The position numbers and the translations under genes were made by a program. This document shows, piece after piece, positions 61,465 to 64,000 of a DNA stretch of 64,000 nt. Position 1 is the stretch's first letter. Each line of letters begins with the position of its first letter. The notes below the pieces were generated by a model. It worked only from the letters and a program-made list of their open reading frames with translations. It did no database searches and was not told the origin of the DNA. Source of the stretch: Azolla caroliniana (taxonomy: Eukaryota > Plantae > Polypodiophyta); the NCBI GenBank assembly GCA_043228905.1, contig JBHGNT010000012.1, positions 14,570,001 through 14,634,000 on the forward strand. The letters are read 5' to 3'.

Positions 61465-64000
61465 TTGTAAATTTTCATTATTACAAGCTATGTGTTCAAA
61501 CTCACAACCATGGATATCTATTGTTCAATATTTCATTGAGAACAAGGGTTTAACACATGGGAGGACAACGATTAAGGTTTCATGGTGGCAATTACTAAAT
61601 GGATGTATTTCACTTAGGATTCCGGGCTCTACATGTGTTCAACACTTGGTTACCTCATCGCAAGAAACACTCTTGTTATGTGTATGGAAACCATCATCTA
61701 GTAGAGAGCATTGTAATTCTTTGCAAAAAGAGTTGCTTGTGTCTTCTCGATTATTATGTTGGCCTGGAAAGGAGAGATTGCGCTCTCAATTTAATCATTT
61801 GCTTCGTTTGGGGGTCAAAGAGGTGGGAGATATAGTTGAGGCTCCATCTCAAAGAATTTTGGAGTTTGCTGAAGCGCAACAAATATGGGTTTATTTGGTA
61901 ACAACTACAAAATATTGCATTGATGCAATGTCACTTACCTCTACAAACAGGAGAACAATCATGGCTTGATTGGTGTTTAAAGGGTCAAACATCATTGTTG
62001 CAAGTGACTACTAATCTTTTGTATCATTGCTCTGTTGAGTTTCTTGGCTGGTTATCATCTAAGGCCGAAGAAGAATGGAGATTACACAAATCTGATCATG
62101 GGTGGTGGCAGATCTTACAACGTAGTTGGCATTCTAAATTGTGATTTGTAGCAAAGGTCTTCATTTGGAGAGTTTTGATTGGAGCATTGCCTTTGGGATT
62201 AGCTCTAACGCATCGTGTATTAGGAACAGGTAATTGTTTCTTTTGCACTGTTCAAATGGAAGATAGTACTCATCGATTTATACAATGTCCGATTGCTTGT
62301 CAGATTTGGAGTTACATTTCTCAAATTTGGCAAGTTTTATCACAATGTATTTGACACACCTAGACAATGGGTGTTTGCACAATTTACACAAGTTGACCCA
62401 AAATCAGAGATGGAGATCGTTTTTCTATTTCAAAGATATTGGGGATTGTGTCATAATTGGAATATGCGCAACGCTTTTGTATTCGACGGTAGACATGGAG
62501 TGAAAGCATATCTACGAAAGTTGAAGGGAGTCCTAATGTGGCAATTTTCTTTATTGGAGCAAGTGGGAATTCTTTCCTCGGTGGAGTGTTCGTCTCGCCT
62601 ATTGGCAATTCAACATATTCCACTACCCATGTAGTGTAGTTAGTGGGTGACCATACTCCATTGTCACACCTATTGTAAGTAGTGTTTTTTCACATTTATT
62701 AATATAATTGTGTGTTTTCACCATAAAAAGAAAAAAAAAAGTTGTACATGAGAGAGAGAGAGAGAGGGAGAAGTATGCTTAATCTATTGATAGACCTACT
62801 CTCTTCAAAAGTTTGTAGTTGTGTTTCTAGCTACAATAACAAGTTTTGTTGTTTGATGAAAGCACCATATACAAGTTAATTCATTCAATTCCATGGGTAG
62901 GATTTTACTTAATAAGTTTAAATAATTAGAAAGTTATATTTAAACATTTCATCAACGAGCATGTAGATACAAAAGAATTGTTCATAAACAAGTTGATGTG
63001 ATAAATTTAACATCTAGTTTTTGTGAAACTTGTATTCTTCTAACAATCATGAAGCTACCACATAATCTATAATGTATCAATCTTAGAAGGGGCCATGATG
63101 TCCACATGTATGCACGTACATGCATGATATTTCCTTCTAGGTTTAAACTTTGTGCTAATATAACTTGTAGTTAGAATGAAAATTGTAGTCTTGTACGTGA
63201 GCAAATGATCACGGTTTCCAAGTGTTGTTGCATGTCACCTTCACAATCTCAAGGGAAACAATAAATTTTGTGTCGGGTATTCCCAAAATATTGTGGGGTA
63301 TGGTAGCACTTGTTCATTAGTGTTTTAAAGTGTAGAGCTCTACCTAGAAAAGATGCTAATAATTGGAATAGGAACATATATACCATCAAGATGATTTCCT
63401 ATTGCAACTCAATAAAATGTGATAGAACATAATAGAAGCCTAAAAGTAAGAATGATAATAATACATTGCCTTTTGACTTGTCACATGAGACCAAATGTGG
63501 ATTTGATATTTGTTCTTTTATGTATTTCAAATATGCCTAATGTTTCTCTCTTTACCAATAGGAAAATAAATACAATGACCATTGGTGTTCTGGAATTCCT
63601 AATTGGTAAGATATTTGCAATGATGTCATATTGTAGGGTTTTCATTAAATCTTACCCAACCCCCAATGTAGAAGTATATAATCGACATGGAATTTCTTTT
63701 AAGTTCAAAAACTTGAGTAGAAACTCGAAAGTATTTGTAATGACCATGTCTTCTATTTGTATGATGAACATTCACTTCAGTTTTGAATTCTATTTACTTT
63801 TTAATGATGAATCCTTATGAAGGAAAAATGAAGGAGAAATGATTTCTTTATAGTAGACATTGATGTAACTTTAGGTAGTACATTGCATAGGTGTCATTTT
63901 GTAACCTAGGAAAAGTAAGAAAATATGTCGGGTTAGCCATATGAAATCTTTTAGAAGCAAGAAAATATGTTGGAGTCCAAGTTGAAACTATATCATTCCA

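Larger units (their letters stand above)
57530..62740 (+). mobile_element. Decayed L1 LINE with RT core deleted and poly(A) tail
   Basis: MKVVTWNVRG, GDFN, LDR, SDH, WRPISLMG, CFFC..EDSTHRFIQC; A-tail at 62725-62740. Confidence 0.88.

Noticed and set aside
63000-64000. Possible minus-strand LINE RT relic and the 133-aa plus-strand ORF
   Set aside because: Only faint motif resemblance; the ORF has no recognisable domain.

Overview
Gene-poor, transposon-saturated plant nuclear DNA. The mix of Tcn1-type chromoviruses, an RTEX-like LINE, a 5S-derived fragment and GA-rich LTRs suggests a non-seed plant, probably a fern (inference). I found no intact host gene. The left 10.7 kb is a triple nest: a Ty3/Gypsy with a tRNA-Trp PBS inside a Tork/Tnt1-like Copia inside a second Copia family (Copia-B). 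From 10.7 to 23 kb there are decayed Copia, hAT and chromovirus relics, a (TAACCC)7 tract and a chimeric LTR-derived tandem repeat. Positions 23.3-52.7 kb form a five-level nest resolved by matching target-site duplications: L1 LINE > 27.5 kb chromovirus (TSD AAATT) > Copia-B > 12.5 kb TIR element (8-bp TSD) > near-intact 6.3 kb L1 (15-bp TSD). The TIR element carries an NF-YB pseudogene and exon-like cargo, and a second, structurally complete chromovirus (TSD ATCAT) also sits in the Copia-B. The right end holds an RTEX-like LINE, a 5S rRNA fragment and a decayed L1 interrupted by a solo LTR. Best candidates for novelty: tRNA-like Pol III A/B-box cassettes at the same LTR edge in two chromovirus families, the gene-carrying 8-bp-TSD transposon with CCC termini, the double-PPT/read-through tail of Copia-B, and an extra C-terminal domain in the L1 ORF1. 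All calls were made by eye without database searches, and boundaries of decayed relics are approximate.
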